Shown piece by piece: positions 48,920 to 58,644 of a stretch of DNA of 64,000 nucleotides. A program made the translations under genes and the position numbers. The stretch spans positions 1,304,808 to 1,368,807 of the forward strand of contig OZ252287.1 in the NCBI GenBank assembly GCA_965250085.1, given 5' to 3'. The DNA comes from Candidatus Altimarinota bacterium. Lineage in GTDB: Bacteria > Patescibacteriota > Gracilibacteria > CAIRYL01. Positions within the stretch are counted from its first letter, which is position 1. Each line of letters starts with the position of its first letter. The notes beneath the pieces were generated by a model, which had not been told where the DNA came from, did no database searches, and saw only the letters and a program-made list of their open reading frames with translations.

Positions 48920-49831
48920 ATGAAAAAATATATCATTGAATATAAAATCCCAACATTAGCGGAAAACGCTGTAATGGAAAATACTGATAGTCCCGCAACA
49001 TTTTCCATAGATGGAATCGAATTTTCTCAATGGGATTTTAACCATAGAGACGGATGGCTTGGGGACTCTTGGATTGGAAAATTAACAATTGAAGCAGGAG
49101 ACAAGTTGGAAGCCATAAATATCTTTGTATCCAAATTAAAGAAAATTATCCCCAGATTGTCACTTATCTCTCAGTGCTATATTGAATTTCTAGATCAACC
49201 TTTCTTGATAACAAAAAATAATGGAACAACTGGCTTTTTTCGCTATATAAAAAAGAGGAAGGGTGTTGGCTTAAGTTTCAGAGAAGAAGAAAAAAATGCC
49301 TTAGCGCACCTTTTGAAAAATGATTTTATCTCAGAAGAGTTCTATTATTACTGGAACGATGCAGTAAACACTATCGGCTATTCAGCAAAGTTACTTTTAA
49401 TATTTGCAGCCATAGAATCGTTGGTGAAAAACAAGAAGGGGGGAAAAGATTTTAATCTAATGGAAAAAATTTTAGGAAAGGAGCTTTGTGATGAACTTTT
49501 CAGTCCAAATACAGGACTAAGACATAGGCTTACTCATGGTGAATATTTTGAATTAGGAGATTCTAAGATAGACTATTTGGATAGAATACATAAAAAAGTT
49601 ATGGGTTATTTTAATAAGTCTGTATTGAATCAGAGTCTATTAAGTGAAAATGTAAAACACCCACAAAGACATTTTTTTGGAAATAAGGAAGAAGCCAGAT
49701 TTTTTATAGAACGCATAGATGGAAAAAAGTTAAACTTCAGAGAAGTATTAATAGACTTTAGTGAAAATGATTTCCATGAACTCAAGCAACACAAACATGT
49801 TTCCGAAGAAGAACCAGAATCCACTTTTTAG
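48920..49831 (+). CDS. Putative HEPN-domain (ApeA/MauJ-like) protein
   Basis: LLLIFAAIESL followed by LRHRLTHG (Rx4H); AT-rich. Confidence 0.6.
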   Translation: MKKYIIEYKIPTLAENAVMENTDSPATFSIDGIEFSQWDFNHRDGWLGDSWIGKLTIEAGDKLEAINIFVSKLKKIIPRLSLISQCYIEFLDQPFLITKNNGTTGFFRYIKKRKGVGLSFREEEKNALAHLLKNDFISEEFYYYWNDAVNTIGYSAKLLLIFAAIESLVKNKKGGKDFNLMEKILGKELCDELFSPNTGLRHRLTHGEYFELGDSKIDYLDRIHKKVMGYFNKSVLNQSLLSENVKHPQRHFFGNKEEARFFIERIDGKKLNFREVLIDFSENDFHELKQHKHVSEEEPESTF

Positions 49832-49847
49832 AAATTGAAACAGTATA

Positions 49848-51617
49848 TCACCAACTTCCACCTCCACCTCCGCCAAAGCCTCCACCAGAAAATCCACCAC
49901 CTGAGCTCCCACTTCCTCCAGGGGTAGAAGCAATAGCGGTGGAAAGTGACTTGGAAAAAGTGCCGATGTCATTGCCGAATCGGCCGGCATCAAATGGGCG
50001 AGTACCGGAATACCAATGAGGGGCGACTTCTGCGGCTTTGACGCCCATTTGCTTCATGGCAGTTGCCAGTTTTTTGGTCGCACCAAAGACGATGGCATAG
50101 GGAAGCACTTGCATAAAGGTGTTTTCATTTTCAAAAAATCTTTGGCGGTGTTTCTCCGCATTACTGATAAACACTTCATATCCTCGTGCTTTGCGATATA
50201 GCTCACGGCCAAGTGCGGTCTTTCGTGGCATAGCAAAAGAAACGACGATGAAGCAGATAGCACAGAGTCCGAGAGCTCCTCCCAGACCAATCACAATGCC
50301 AGTGATGGTAAATATTCCAACAGCGAGAAAAATAATGCTGATGACCAAGAGTCCAATGGCCCATCCCAGATATTTACCGCGAATAGACTCAGGATTGTCG
50401 AAAAAGAGATTTTTATTGGTAACCTCTGTGTAAAGATCCTTTTTTATCTTCCTCAAGTCGTCATAAAATGAGTTTTTGAGATCAGAAAGGCTGACGGTAT
50501 CCACGATTTTGAAGAGGGAGGATAGCAGTTTTGTTTCATAGTTCAGCAGTCCTTTTCCAGATTTTTCTGTTCTTTTGAGTTTATAGTCGATCTTTCCAAA
50601 TTTCCATGTCTTGGGAATCTCTGTAATAGTGAGATATCCACGTACTCCCAAATCCACAATAGTTGCAGAAATATCTAGTGTATCTGCTCTTTCATCCATG
50701 AGGACCCCAATTTCTGCCGGACGCAAATCTTCAGGAGATTCATATTCCACCACGATGTTTTCATGAGCGCCCAGTGGCATGACTTCAGCACTTTGGTCTT
50801 CATCATGCAGGCTTGTTCGTTTGAGATAGTGATCACGCCCTTTTTGCCACCAAAGCCTGAGGATCAAAAAGAGCCCTGCTATCAAGGTTCCCAAAAAGGT
50901 AAGAATGGTCGTAGAGTTGCCAATAGTATTCGCAATAATCTTGGGAGGATCGGCTGTAAGTATGGGCACCATGTCGGATGTATAGCCAATGGCAATAGTG
51001 AGCCCTTGGTATGCGTTTAAGGGTGATGGAGATGCGAAAGTTATTGTTTTTGTATTCACTTGTTCAGTGTCACAAGGTATGCCAGATCCATATGATCCGA
51101 GAAAGCAGTCACTTTGAACGACTCCCTCTTCAGGCAAGTGGAGAGTGGCTGAACTTTTTTGTATTCGCACTGGCCATTCATTTCCGGTCACGTTCCAATA
51201 GAGCTCATCAAAGCCTTCAAATGATCTCAGGACTCCAGTTGCCAGATATTCGATTTCATAGTTCTGAACGCCAGAAATAAGTTGATCTGGATCACCAATT
51301 TTGATGCGAACAGTTGCTTTATTTCGATTCACTTCATGGGGAATATTCTCTCCATTTGCTGCCACTGATATTGCATCAATCTCGGTATACGTCTTCTGTC
51401 CAGTGGCTTCGTATGCAAATGGAATATCACGAAAAATGCCATGCCTTTGCTCAGCACCAAAGTCAGCGACAATGGTTTCCACTATTCGCACTTTGCCATC
51501 AGTTTGAATAGTTATATCGCTCTCAAAGTTTGCAATTTCCCAATTTTCCTGAGCAGAGACAAAAGAATTTCCAAAAACAAAAAAGAGGCCAACAAGAAAG
51601 AGGATACATTTTTTCAT
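49848..51617 (-). CDS. DUF2207 membrane protein
   Basis: HGIFRDIP, ELYWNVTGNEW, LPYAIVFG, GGGFSGGGFGGGGGGSW. Confidence 0.92.
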   Translation of the reverse strand: MKKCILFLVGLFFVFGNSFVSAQENWEIANFESDITIQTDGKVRIVETIVADFGAEQRHGIFRDIPFAYEATGQKTYTEIDAISVAANGENIPHEVNRNKATVRIKIGDPDQLISGVQNYEIEYLATGVLRSFEGFDELYWNVTGNEWPVRIQKSSATLHLPEEGVVQSDCFLGSYGSGIPCDTEQVNTKTITFASPSPLNAYQGLTIAIGYTSDMVPILTADPPKIIANTIGNSTTILTFLGTLIAGLFLILRLWWQKGRDHYLKRTSLHDEDQSAEVMPLGAHENIVVEYESPEDLRPAEIGVLMDERADTLDISATIVDLGVRGYLTITEIPKTWKFGKIDYKLKRTEKSGKGLLNYETKLLSSLFKIVDTVSLSDLKNSFYDDLRKIKKDLYTEVTNKNLFFDNPESIRGKYLGWAIGLLVISIIFLAVGIFTITGIVIGLGGALGLCAICFIVVSFAMPRKTALGRELYRKARGYEVFISNAEKHRQRFFENENTFMQVLPYAIVFGATKKLATAMKQMGVKAAEVAPHWYSGTRPFDAGRFGNDIGTFSKSLSTAIASTPGGSGSSGGGFSGGGFGGGGGGSW

Positions 51618-51665
51618 CGAGAATTATAATATCACAATGCTTTTACTATTGGAGAAGTGTTCGAC

Positions 51666-51749
51666 AAATCTCCCCTAACCCCTCTTTACTAAAGAGGGGG
51701 AGAAACCAACGCACCTCCCCCTTTGTAAAAGGGGGACTAAAGGGGATTT
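51666..51749. repeat. Palindromic repeat family A, full copy
   Basis: AAATCTCCCCTAACCCCTCTTTACTAAAGAGGGG...CTCCCCCTTTGTAAAAGGGGGACTAAAGGGGATTT. Confidence 0.88.
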
Positions 51750-51775
51750 TTTCACACATGTTAGTACGAGGTGAG

Positions 51776-53233
51776 TTATTCTCCCCTCAGTCTCAAAAGT
51801 TTTTTTAAAAACTTCTTTTTCCCTGGAGTGAATGATTCTTTGAGTGACTGCCCAGCGACTTGTTTGGAGATCTCCCCCAGAGTGGGATAGGGGAATATGG
51901 TGTTATACACATCTCCAATCTTGAGTCCCTGATTCAAAGCGATGATCCATGTGCCGAGGAGTTCTCCTGCACTTCGTCCGACTATTGTCGTCCCGAGAAT
52001 TTTTCCTTTTGGACTGCAAATCACTTTGATAAATCCGCCGGTGGATCCCTCTGCCTTTGCACGATCATTGCCACTGAAATCAAATTTGTAGACTTTGTGG
52101 GGAATCCCCTCCTTTTTTGCTCTTGGTTCATTCAGTCCTATCTGTGCGAGTTCAGGATCGGTATAGGTCACCCATGGTACATAATCATGATTTGCTTTTG
52201 CCAGTGCAATTGGTGAAAGAATATTCCTCAATACTATACCGGCTTGGTATCCGGCAATATGGGTAAACTGCAAGCGACTGCTGGCGTCTCCGCAGGAATA
52301 TATTTTTGAATTACTGGTTTGAAGCTTTTCATTTACTACTATTCTTCTGTCGTATTGTACTCCTGCATTCTCAAGTCCCAGATGTTCTACATTGGGCTGT
52401 CTGCCGGTGGCAATGAGGAGTGTGTCTCCAGAGTATTTTTTTATTTCTTTTGACCCATCCGTTTTTTTCACCATGAGCTCCATCATTCCATCATCAGTTT
52501 TTTTCACCGATTTCGCTGATGCCTCAGTGACAAATTGCACGCCTTCATCTGTCATCTGTTTCATCACTACTGCCGAAGCTTCTGGATCGTCTTTAGAAAG
52601 GATAGTTGTGTCCGGTCCTACAATCACCGTGACTTCAGCTCCCAGGCGCTGAAAAGCATGCGCCATTTCTGAACCAATGGGGCCACCGCCAACAATGAGC
52701 ATTTTTTTTGGTGTTTCCTTGAGCGAAAAAAGAGTTTCATTTGTAAGATAGGGGACATCTTCTATTCCTTTGATGTTCGGAATATACGCTCTGGATCCCG
52801 TTGCGAGTACAAAGTTCTTTGCGGTTATTTTCTTTCCTTTGTGAGTGCCAGTTTTTATTTCGAATGTTTCTCGATCAATAAATTCACCAGTAGAACTGAC
52901 CAGTACTTCACATCCCAGCTCTTCAAATCTTTCGACCGAATCGTGTGGCTGAATACTCTGAATCACTGACTGCACCCGATCGGTGACATGTTTCATATCA
53001 AATTTTGGAGTATGGGACTCGATACCGAACTGCTGAGCATTTTTTATGGTATGGGCGATATATGCAGAATGAATCAGTGTCTTGCTTGGCACACATCCAT
53101 AGTGCAAGCAGTCACCTCCCATCTGCTTTTCTTTTTCCACAATAACAACCTTGGCACCAAGAGTGGCACCTCCAGCCGCTACACTGAGCCCACCACCGCC
53201 GGCTCCGATCACAGCAATGTCATATTCAGGCAT
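51776..53233 (-). CDS. Pyridine nucleotide-disulfide oxidoreductase (MerA/LpdA-like)
   Basis: GAGGGG, GGDCLHYGCVPSK, ATGS, GGGPIGSE, YTDPE, YPT. Confidence 0.9.
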   Translation of the reverse strand: MPEYDIAVIGAGGGGLSVAAGGATLGAKVVIVEKEKQMGGDCLHYGCVPSKTLIHSAYIAHTIKNAQQFGIESHTPKFDMKHVTDRVQSVIQSIQPHDSVERFEELGCEVLVSSTGEFIDRETFEIKTGTHKGKKITAKNFVLATGSRAYIPNIKGIEDVPYLTNETLFSLKETPKKMLIVGGGPIGSEMAHAFQRLGAEVTVIVGPDTTILSKDDPEASAVVMKQMTDEGVQFVTEASAKSVKKTDDGMMELMVKKTDGSKEIKKYSGDTLLIATGRQPNVEHLGLENAGVQYDRRIVVNEKLQTSNSKIYSCGDASSRLQFTHIAGYQAGIVLRNILSPIALAKANHDYVPWVTYTDPELAQIGLNEPRAKKEGIPHKVYKFDFSGNDRAKAEGSTGGFIKVICSPKGKILGTTIVGRSAGELLGTWIIALNQGLKIGDVYNTIFPYPTLGEISKQVAGQSLKESFTPGKKKFLKKLLRLRGE

Positions 53234-53345
53234 GGAGCAAGTAAAAAATTGGAAATACGAAATTTATAAAAAAAGTGATCGAAAGAGAATGTAGAATAAA
53301 AACCTCAAAATTCAAAACACGTTCTCCCGATGTTTGTGAACAATT

Positions 53346-54212
53346 TTACGAAAGCACTTTTTCTTTTGCATAGAGCGCTGCACCAAGTGATCCGGCATTT
53401 TCGAGCTCAGAAGTATGAAGCTGCACGGTAAACGAAAAATCTTTTTCTTTGAGTCTTGCAACAATTTTCTTCTGAATCGTTGGTAACAATGGAGGCAGAA
53501 TGTCGGTTCCAATCCCTCCGCCAAAGACTACTATACTGGGGTTAAAGGTAAGTATTCCATTCATAATCCAGACAGAAAGCTTTTGAATCCAAAGTTCAAA
53601 AAAATCAAATCCCTCTCCCGATCCAGACTCCCATTCTGCCACATATTGTTCCAATGAATTTCCTGAAAGTGCTTTGGTCAGAGCACTCCCAGAAAATATT
53701 TCTTCAGCTTCTTTCTCACCACTAAGGTCTATCGCTCCGTGACCGAATTCTCCAGCAAATCCATTATGACCAGAGAAAATATCTCCATTGATCACAATTC
53801 CATTTCCAATTCCAGTTCCCAGCGTGATTCCCCACAAGACCTTTGCCCCCTTTCCACACCCAACTTGGCTCTCAGCATAAGCAAAAAGCCTGCAATCGTT
53901 TTCTATGTATACCGAAACTTCAAATTTATTTTGAAGAAACTCAGCGAGAGGAAAATCTATAAATCCAGAAATATGAGGAGCTTTGGCGATGACTCCAGTA
54001 TCAGGATTTATGAGACCTGCCCAAGCGATACCAATTGCCTGTACATCATTTGTGATAACCTCGGCAATTGCTTTCTGCAGGTTTTTTAGTACCACATCTT
54101 TTCCTCGCTCAGCTTCAGTAGCGACACGAACTTTGGCTTCAATATTCAGAGCTTCATCAAAGCGTGCGGCAAAAATCTTCGTTCCTCCAATATCGACTCC
54201 AATAAAACTCAT
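53346..54212 (-). CDS. ROK-family sugar kinase
   Basis: GVDIGGTK, END, TLGTGIG, AGEFGH. Confidence 0.92.
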   Translation of the reverse strand: MSFIGVDIGGTKIFAARFDEALNIEAKVRVATEAERGKDVVLKNLQKAIAEVITNDVQAIGIAWAGLINPDTGVIAKAPHISGFIDFPLAEFLQNKFEVSVYIENDCRLFAYAESQVGCGKGAKVLWGITLGTGIGNGIVINGDIFSGHNGFAGEFGHGAIDLSGEKEAEEIFSGSALTKALSGNSLEQYVAEWESGSGEGFDFFELWIQKLSVWIMNGILTFNPSIVVFGGGIGTDILPPLLPTIQKKIVARLKEKDFSFTVQLHTSELENAGSLGAALYAKEKVLS

Positions 54213-54379
54213 ATACTTTTTGTAATTCGCATATATCGTACCGAATCAGTGTAAGAAGAAGCAATGAGTAGTCAGTAGTGAATTATCAGTAGTAAGTTGT
54301 CAGTAGTCGGGTATTTCATTTCTGGTTTTTCAAAAAACTTTCTGCCACAATAGACTCAACTTTTATATCTCCTTTCTTT

Positions 54380-54637
54380 ATGTCACAAATTACGATTTAT
54401 ACCAAAGCGACTTGTCCGTACTGCATTGCTGCTAAAAAATTTTTTAAAGGTATGGAGAAAGACTATACAGAAATTGATGTCCTTGATGAATCGCAGAGAG
54501 ATGAGTACCAAGAATTTGTCCAAAAGCACAATCACCGTACGGTGCCCATGATTTTTATTGGTGAAGAGTTTGTGGGGGGATATGATAATTTGATGGAACT
54601 CAATGATTCGGGGAAACTCCAAGAAATGCTCACATAG
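54380..54637 (+). CDS. grxC: Glutaredoxin
   Basis: CPYC, TVP, GGYD. Confidence 0.9.
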   Translation: MSQITIYTKATCPYCIAAKKFFKGMEKDYTEIDVLDESQRDEYQEFVQKHNHRTVPMIFIGEEFVGGYDNLMELNDSGKLQEMLT

Positions 54638-54654
54638 AATTCTCAACTTTTTAT

Positions 54655-56196
54655 TTGTCGCTCACCCGTAAAATCCTCGGCAATACGTTTTGGCAAATTT
54701 TTGGACGCATTGCCACGGCTTTTATTGCATTCGTCACTGTCGGCATTCTTACCAATTATTGGGGAGCGGGAAATATAAAGCTTGGACAAGCGCAATATGG
54801 GACATATGCCACCATTTACGAATTTTTAGCGATGTTTGGATCGCTCGCAGATTTGGGCATCTTTACGATCGCCGTGCGCGAAATGTCCAAGTACAAAAAG
54901 CAACAGCAGCAAATTTTTTCAGCAACATTTTCCTTGCGATGTATTTCACTTGTTGTAGCTCTTGGGCTTGCCGTTATTGTGGCCATTCTGATTCCCAAAT
55001 ATCAGGGAACAGTAATCCCAAAAGGAGTCGCTATTGCGGCGCTTGGAACTACGCTTTTTATCCTCAGTGGCACACTCTCTACTATTTTGCTGGTGCACCT
55101 GAAGATGAAATTCCATGCTATTGCTCTTGTACTGGGAAAACTCCTTACCTTTGGGTCTATTCTGACAGTTGTATTTCTCCTGTCGCCTGATCCATCAGAG
55201 GCGAGTTTTTATAATCTGATTTGGGCCGGAGTATGGGGAAGCATGCTGACATTGCTGTCCACATATGTCTTTGCGAAAAATTTTATTTCTCTTCGCCCCT
55301 CATGGAACGCTCCTCTCATGAAAGAACTCTTTTATATGGCATTTCCATTTGGATGTGCAATCTTTCTCAATACTATTTATTTCCGACTTGATATTACCAT
55401 GATGGGAATTTTACTTCCGCGCTCTGAAGTGGACGGCACCTGTCTTGCAGCGCTTTGTGGAGATCAACAGGCAGGGATTTACGCTGTTGCAGTACGCATT
55501 ATGGAAGTGCTTATTATCTTACCATTGTATTTTATGAACTCGGTTTTGCCCTCACTTTCAAGTGCGGTGCAAGAAAAAGATACAAAAAAAATTGAGAGGC
55601 GACTCTCCCTTCCGTTTCTCTTTCTTCTGATCCTTTCTCTTCCGGCAGTGACAGGGCTCTTCCTTCTTGCCAAGCCAATTGTGGAGCTGATCACTCCTGA
55701 AAATTTTGGCTCTCATGGAGCACTTAAAATACTTATGGCACCCCTCCTCTTTACTTTTTTTACAACATTTATAAATTTTGTACTGATTGCTTTTGGCGAA
55801 CAAAAAAAGATTCTCTGGATCAATTTTGGCGCGGTAATACTCAATCTCATCCTCAATATCTACGCCATTCCGATTTATGGGTACATGGGCGCAGCCGTTA
55901 CATCTCTTCTTTCTGAAGGATTTATCTTGGTTTTAGGACTGTATTGTGTGCTTCGTATTACTCGATTTTCTCTTCAATGGAAGCGAGTATCTGGGACTGT
56001 GCTTTCCACCATTGTTATGGGCGTATTTACTTTTTTTGTTTGGAGATATTGGGGGGCAGAGGTAGGAAAAAAAGCCCTGGCAATAGTCATTCCTTCTGCG
56101 GCAGTACTCTATGCAGTAGGACTTCTTATTACCAAGGCAGTGGACAAAGAAATGCTGAATATGATGGGGAAAGAAGCGGAGGCGGCAGAGTTATAA
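54655..56196 (+). CDS. Wzx-like polysaccharide flippase
   Basis: NT.WQ..GR, ADLG..T..VRE, R.D..M, G.Y..A, LN...IP.YG..GAA; about 14 TMs; TTG start. Confidence 0.88.
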   Translation: MSLTRKILGNTFWQIFGRIATAFIAFVTVGILTNYWGAGNIKLGQAQYGTYATIYEFLAMFGSLADLGIFTIAVREMSKYKKQQQQIFSATFSLRCISLVVALGLAVIVAILIPKYQGTVIPKGVAIAALGTTLFILSGTLSTILLVHLKMKFHAIALVLGKLLTFGSILTVVFLLSPDPSEASFYNLIWAGVWGSMLTLLSTYVFAKNFISLRPSWNAPLMKELFYMAFPFGCAIFLNTIYFRLDITMMGILLPRSEVDGTCLAALCGDQQAGIYAVAVRIMEVLIILPLYFMNSVLPSLSSAVQEKDTKKIERRLSLPFLFLLILSLPAVTGLFLLAKPIVELITPENFGSHGALKILMAPLLFTFFTTFINFVLIAFGEQKKILWINFGAVILNLILNIYAIPIYGYMGAAVTSLLSEGFILVLGLYCVLRITRFSLQWKRVSGTVLSTIVMGVFTFFVWRYWGAEVGKKALAIVIPSAAVLYAVGLLITKAVDKEMLNMMGKEAEAAEL

Positions 56197-56250
56197 GCAT
56201 TGATTAAATTTCGAATAAAAAATAAGTAAAAAATACATCTTAAGTCGGTT

Positions 56251-56303
56251 AAATTACCGGGATTTATAGTATTTGACATTTTACCGGGATTCCCGGTAAA
56301 ATG
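56251..56303 (+). promoter_or_regulatory. sigma70 promoter overlapped by a perfect palindromic operator
   Basis: TTGACA(56273)-N18-TAAAAT(56297); CATTTTACCGGGA-T-TCCCGGTAAAATG at 56277-56303; extra half-site TTACCGGGATT at 56254. Confidence 0.7.
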
Positions 56304-56309
56304 GAGACG

Positions 56310-57272
56310 ATGAAGATACATTTGCCAAATAGCGCATTTTTAGGAAACATAGACCCCTTTTTAAGGGATATTGATACATCTTGTCCCGATAGATTAGAAA
56401 TTACGGCAAATAAAAAATGGGTGTGGATCCATCCCATAGTTCTCTCTATGGTTGCAGCTATTGGACTAACAATAACTCCTTCAAATATTAAATGTGAGAA
56501 ATTTGAAGCCACTTCAAAGCACTATTTAGAACGAATGGGGTTATTCAAATTTCTGAGGATGAAATCTGGAATGAAGATAACAAAACATGAATCATCTGGA
56601 CGCTTTATTCCCTTGACTCAAATAAAAGATTCTGGAGAACTAACACAATTCATTACTGACGTGATTCCGCTACTTCATCTGGAACCGAAACAAGCAGAAC
56701 CAATCAAATATATTATTAGTGAATTAGTGAGAAATGTCTTAGAACACTCTCATTCACATTATGGTGCAATTGTTTCGGCACAATACTATAAAAAAAGTAA
56801 TTCGATTAGAATTGGAATTGTTGACACTGGAATAGGCATTAAAAAAACAATTGACCATTCTTATACTACTAAAGATGATTTAGAAGCTATCCAATTAGCA
56901 TTAATTCCAGGAGTAACGGGGACAACTAAGAAGGAAGGTGGAACAGAATTTAACGCTGGAGCAGGTTTGTTTTTTATTAAATCAATTGCAAACGTTAATC
57001 GCGATTTCTTTATGATCTATAGTGGTAATGCAATGTATAAATTATTAAAAGCAAAGCTTAGCTCTAGATCAAAACTCCATATAGACCCCTTTGACGATCG
57101 ACACTCCAAGGATAATAATTTCCCCTATTGGAAAGGAACTGTCGTTGGCATTGATATTTCTTTAGATACTACAAAAGAATTTTCAATTCTTTTAGATCTC
57201 ATTCGAGATACTTATGCAACGGCCGTAAGACAGAGAAAGAAGGAAAGACAAAGAAAGCCCCAATTCATATGA
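56310..57272 (+). CDS. STAS-like + HATPase_c (GHKL) protein (alternative start 56301)
   Basis: ISELVRNVLEHS (N box), IVDTGIGI (G1), NAGAGL (G2), KGT (G3). Confidence 0.8.
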   Translation: MKIHLPNSAFLGNIDPFLRDIDTSCPDRLEITANKKWVWIHPIVLSMVAAIGLTITPSNIKCEKFEATSKHYLERMGLFKFLRMKSGMKITKHESSGRFIPLTQIKDSGELTQFITDVIPLLHLEPKQAEPIKYIISELVRNVLEHSHSHYGAIVSAQYYKKSNSIRIGIVDTGIGIKKTIDHSYTTKDDLEAIQLALIPGVTGTTKKEGGTEFNAGAGLFFIKSIANVNRDFFMIYSGNAMYKLLKAKLSSRSKLHIDPFDDRHSKDNNFPYWKGTVVGIDISLDTTKEFSILLDLIRDTYATAVRQRKKERQRKPQFI

Positions 57273-57559
57273 TCCAAATCAACTTACAAGAAATAGTCGG
57301 CAGCTTCGCTGAAAATAAAGACCTAGCAAGAGACATTAGAAAAGAGAAGATAATACCCGCCCTAGAAAAAAATCAGGAAGTAATTCTGAATTTCAAGAAC
57401 ATCGATTCGGCAACACAGTCATTCATACACGCATTAATAAGTGATCTAATAAGAAATTATGGGATTGAAATACTTGATAATATAAGTTTTAAATCATGTA
57501 ATGACACAGTGAGGAAGATAATCAGTATCGTAATAGATTACATGCAAGAGGGAGTATAG
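57269..57559 (+). CDS. STAS-like (DUF4325) protein
   Basis: LNFKNIDSATQSFIHALI; ATGA overlap with the upstream gene. Confidence 0.8.
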   Translation: MIQINLQEIVGSFAENKDLARDIRKEKIIPALEKNQEVILNFKNIDSATQSFIHALISDLIRNYGIEILDNISFKSCNDTVRKIISIVIDYMQEGV

Positions 57560-57569
57560 TTTTTTATTC

Positions 57570-58154
57570 TTAGAATCTTACCGGTACTTCCAGTGCATCA
57601 TCATTCTCCTCCAGGTCTGATGGATTGCTTTTTCTTAAAATCAAAGTCCCCATCTTTCCATATTCTGGCATTTCAAACTCAAGTGTTGCGGAGAAGGGAA
57701 CAAACTCTTCGGTCATCCATTCGTCTTTTGCAGTGGCAAATCCTTCCGCAATAATACGACCATCCCAGTCCGTAAGAATCACGGGAAAATTTCCTTCAAA
57801 AAACCAATACCCACGTGCTCGACCAGATAATTGAAGTGGACTTTGGATGATTTGATTTGGCGATGGAGTATGAAGCTCAATTAAATCTTGTTTTTCAAGA
57901 ATATTACCAATATTTTCAACAAAAGTTTTTTCATGAGCTCTACACTGGCGCGGATAACTTTCCATAACGGCATTTCCAGCCTCTACACATTCTTCAAAGC
58001 TTGTGATAGGGAGATCACTTTTTTTGTTTGGCAGATTATTTTCTAACTCCTGAGAACTCATAATATTTATAACCCCCATCAGGAGTAAGATCCCAGAAAA
58101 AAAGGCTAATATCATTCTTGACTGTGGGGAAAGTTTTTTGAGGAAATGCATCAT
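57570..58154 (-). CDS. Gmad2 immunoglobulin-like domain protein
   Basis: SFEECVEAGNAVMESYPRQC; GRARGYWFFEGNFP; NPS. Confidence 0.82.
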   Translation of the reverse strand: MMHFLKKLSPQSRMILAFFSGILLLMGVINIMSSQELENNLPNKKSDLPITSFEECVEAGNAVMESYPRQCRAHEKTFVENIGNILEKQDLIELHTPSPNQIIQSPLQLSGRARGYWFFEGNFPVILTDWDGRIIAEGFATAKDEWMTEEFVPFSATLEFEMPEYGKMGTLILRKSNPSDLEENDDALEVPVRF

Positions 58155-58169
58155 AGGAAGGGGAAAGTA

Positions 58170-58511
58170 TTATTTTTTCTTTTTACTTTTTACCGCAATT
58201 TTATGTGATTGTATCACCCACTGGGTGAGCAGCTCTTGATCATCCGCTATTTCTTCTGGCAAAAGATAGTAGGACATGGCAATGGGTTTACTTCCACCTT
58301 TTGAATACACAAAAGGGGCAGAGCCATAGCTTTCAAAATCTTTTTGGTTTTCTTCACTGACCTTAAAATACAGCTGATCATCAGAAATAAGGGCAAACAT
58401 AACTCCGTCTTTATAAATGCCATATCCGCCAAACATGGCTCGGGCCATCATTCCATCCATATGACCGAGGAGATCATGGACAACATATTCGGAGAAGGTG
58501 CTCTTTTTCAT
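58170..58511 (-). CDS. TfoX/Sxy N-terminal domain protein
   Basis: RAMFGGYGIY..G.MFALI, LYFKV, MSYY. Confidence 0.88.
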   Translation of the reverse strand: MKKSTFSEYVVHDLLGHMDGMMARAMFGGYGIYKDGVMFALISDDQLYFKVSEENQKDFESYGSAPFVYSKGGSKPIAMSYYLLPEEIADDQELLTQWVIQSHKIAVKSKKKK

Positions 58512-58544
58512 ATGTTGCAGTATACAATAGGGGAATAAAAAATA

Positions 58545-58611
58545 TTAGACATTGTTTCTAAATTTCGACACAATGTTTCGGTCACGTTTTGGAGAGGTTG
58601 TCGAAAGTGGT
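58545..58611 (+). promoter_or_regulatory. Degenerate copy of the tRNA-Ser promoter plus tRNA 5' end
   Basis: Shares TTAGACA-N7-TAAATTTCGACA.AAT ... GGAGAGGT..AGTGGT with the reverse complement of 59877-59945. Confidence 0.6.
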
Positions 58612-58644
58612 AATCCTACGAGGTCATTTTATTTGTAAAGATTT

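Noticed and set aside
51776-53233. Annotation as merA (mercury resistance)
   Set aside because: Lacks the C-terminal Cys-Cys pair and the NmerA domain, and there are no mer operon neighbours.
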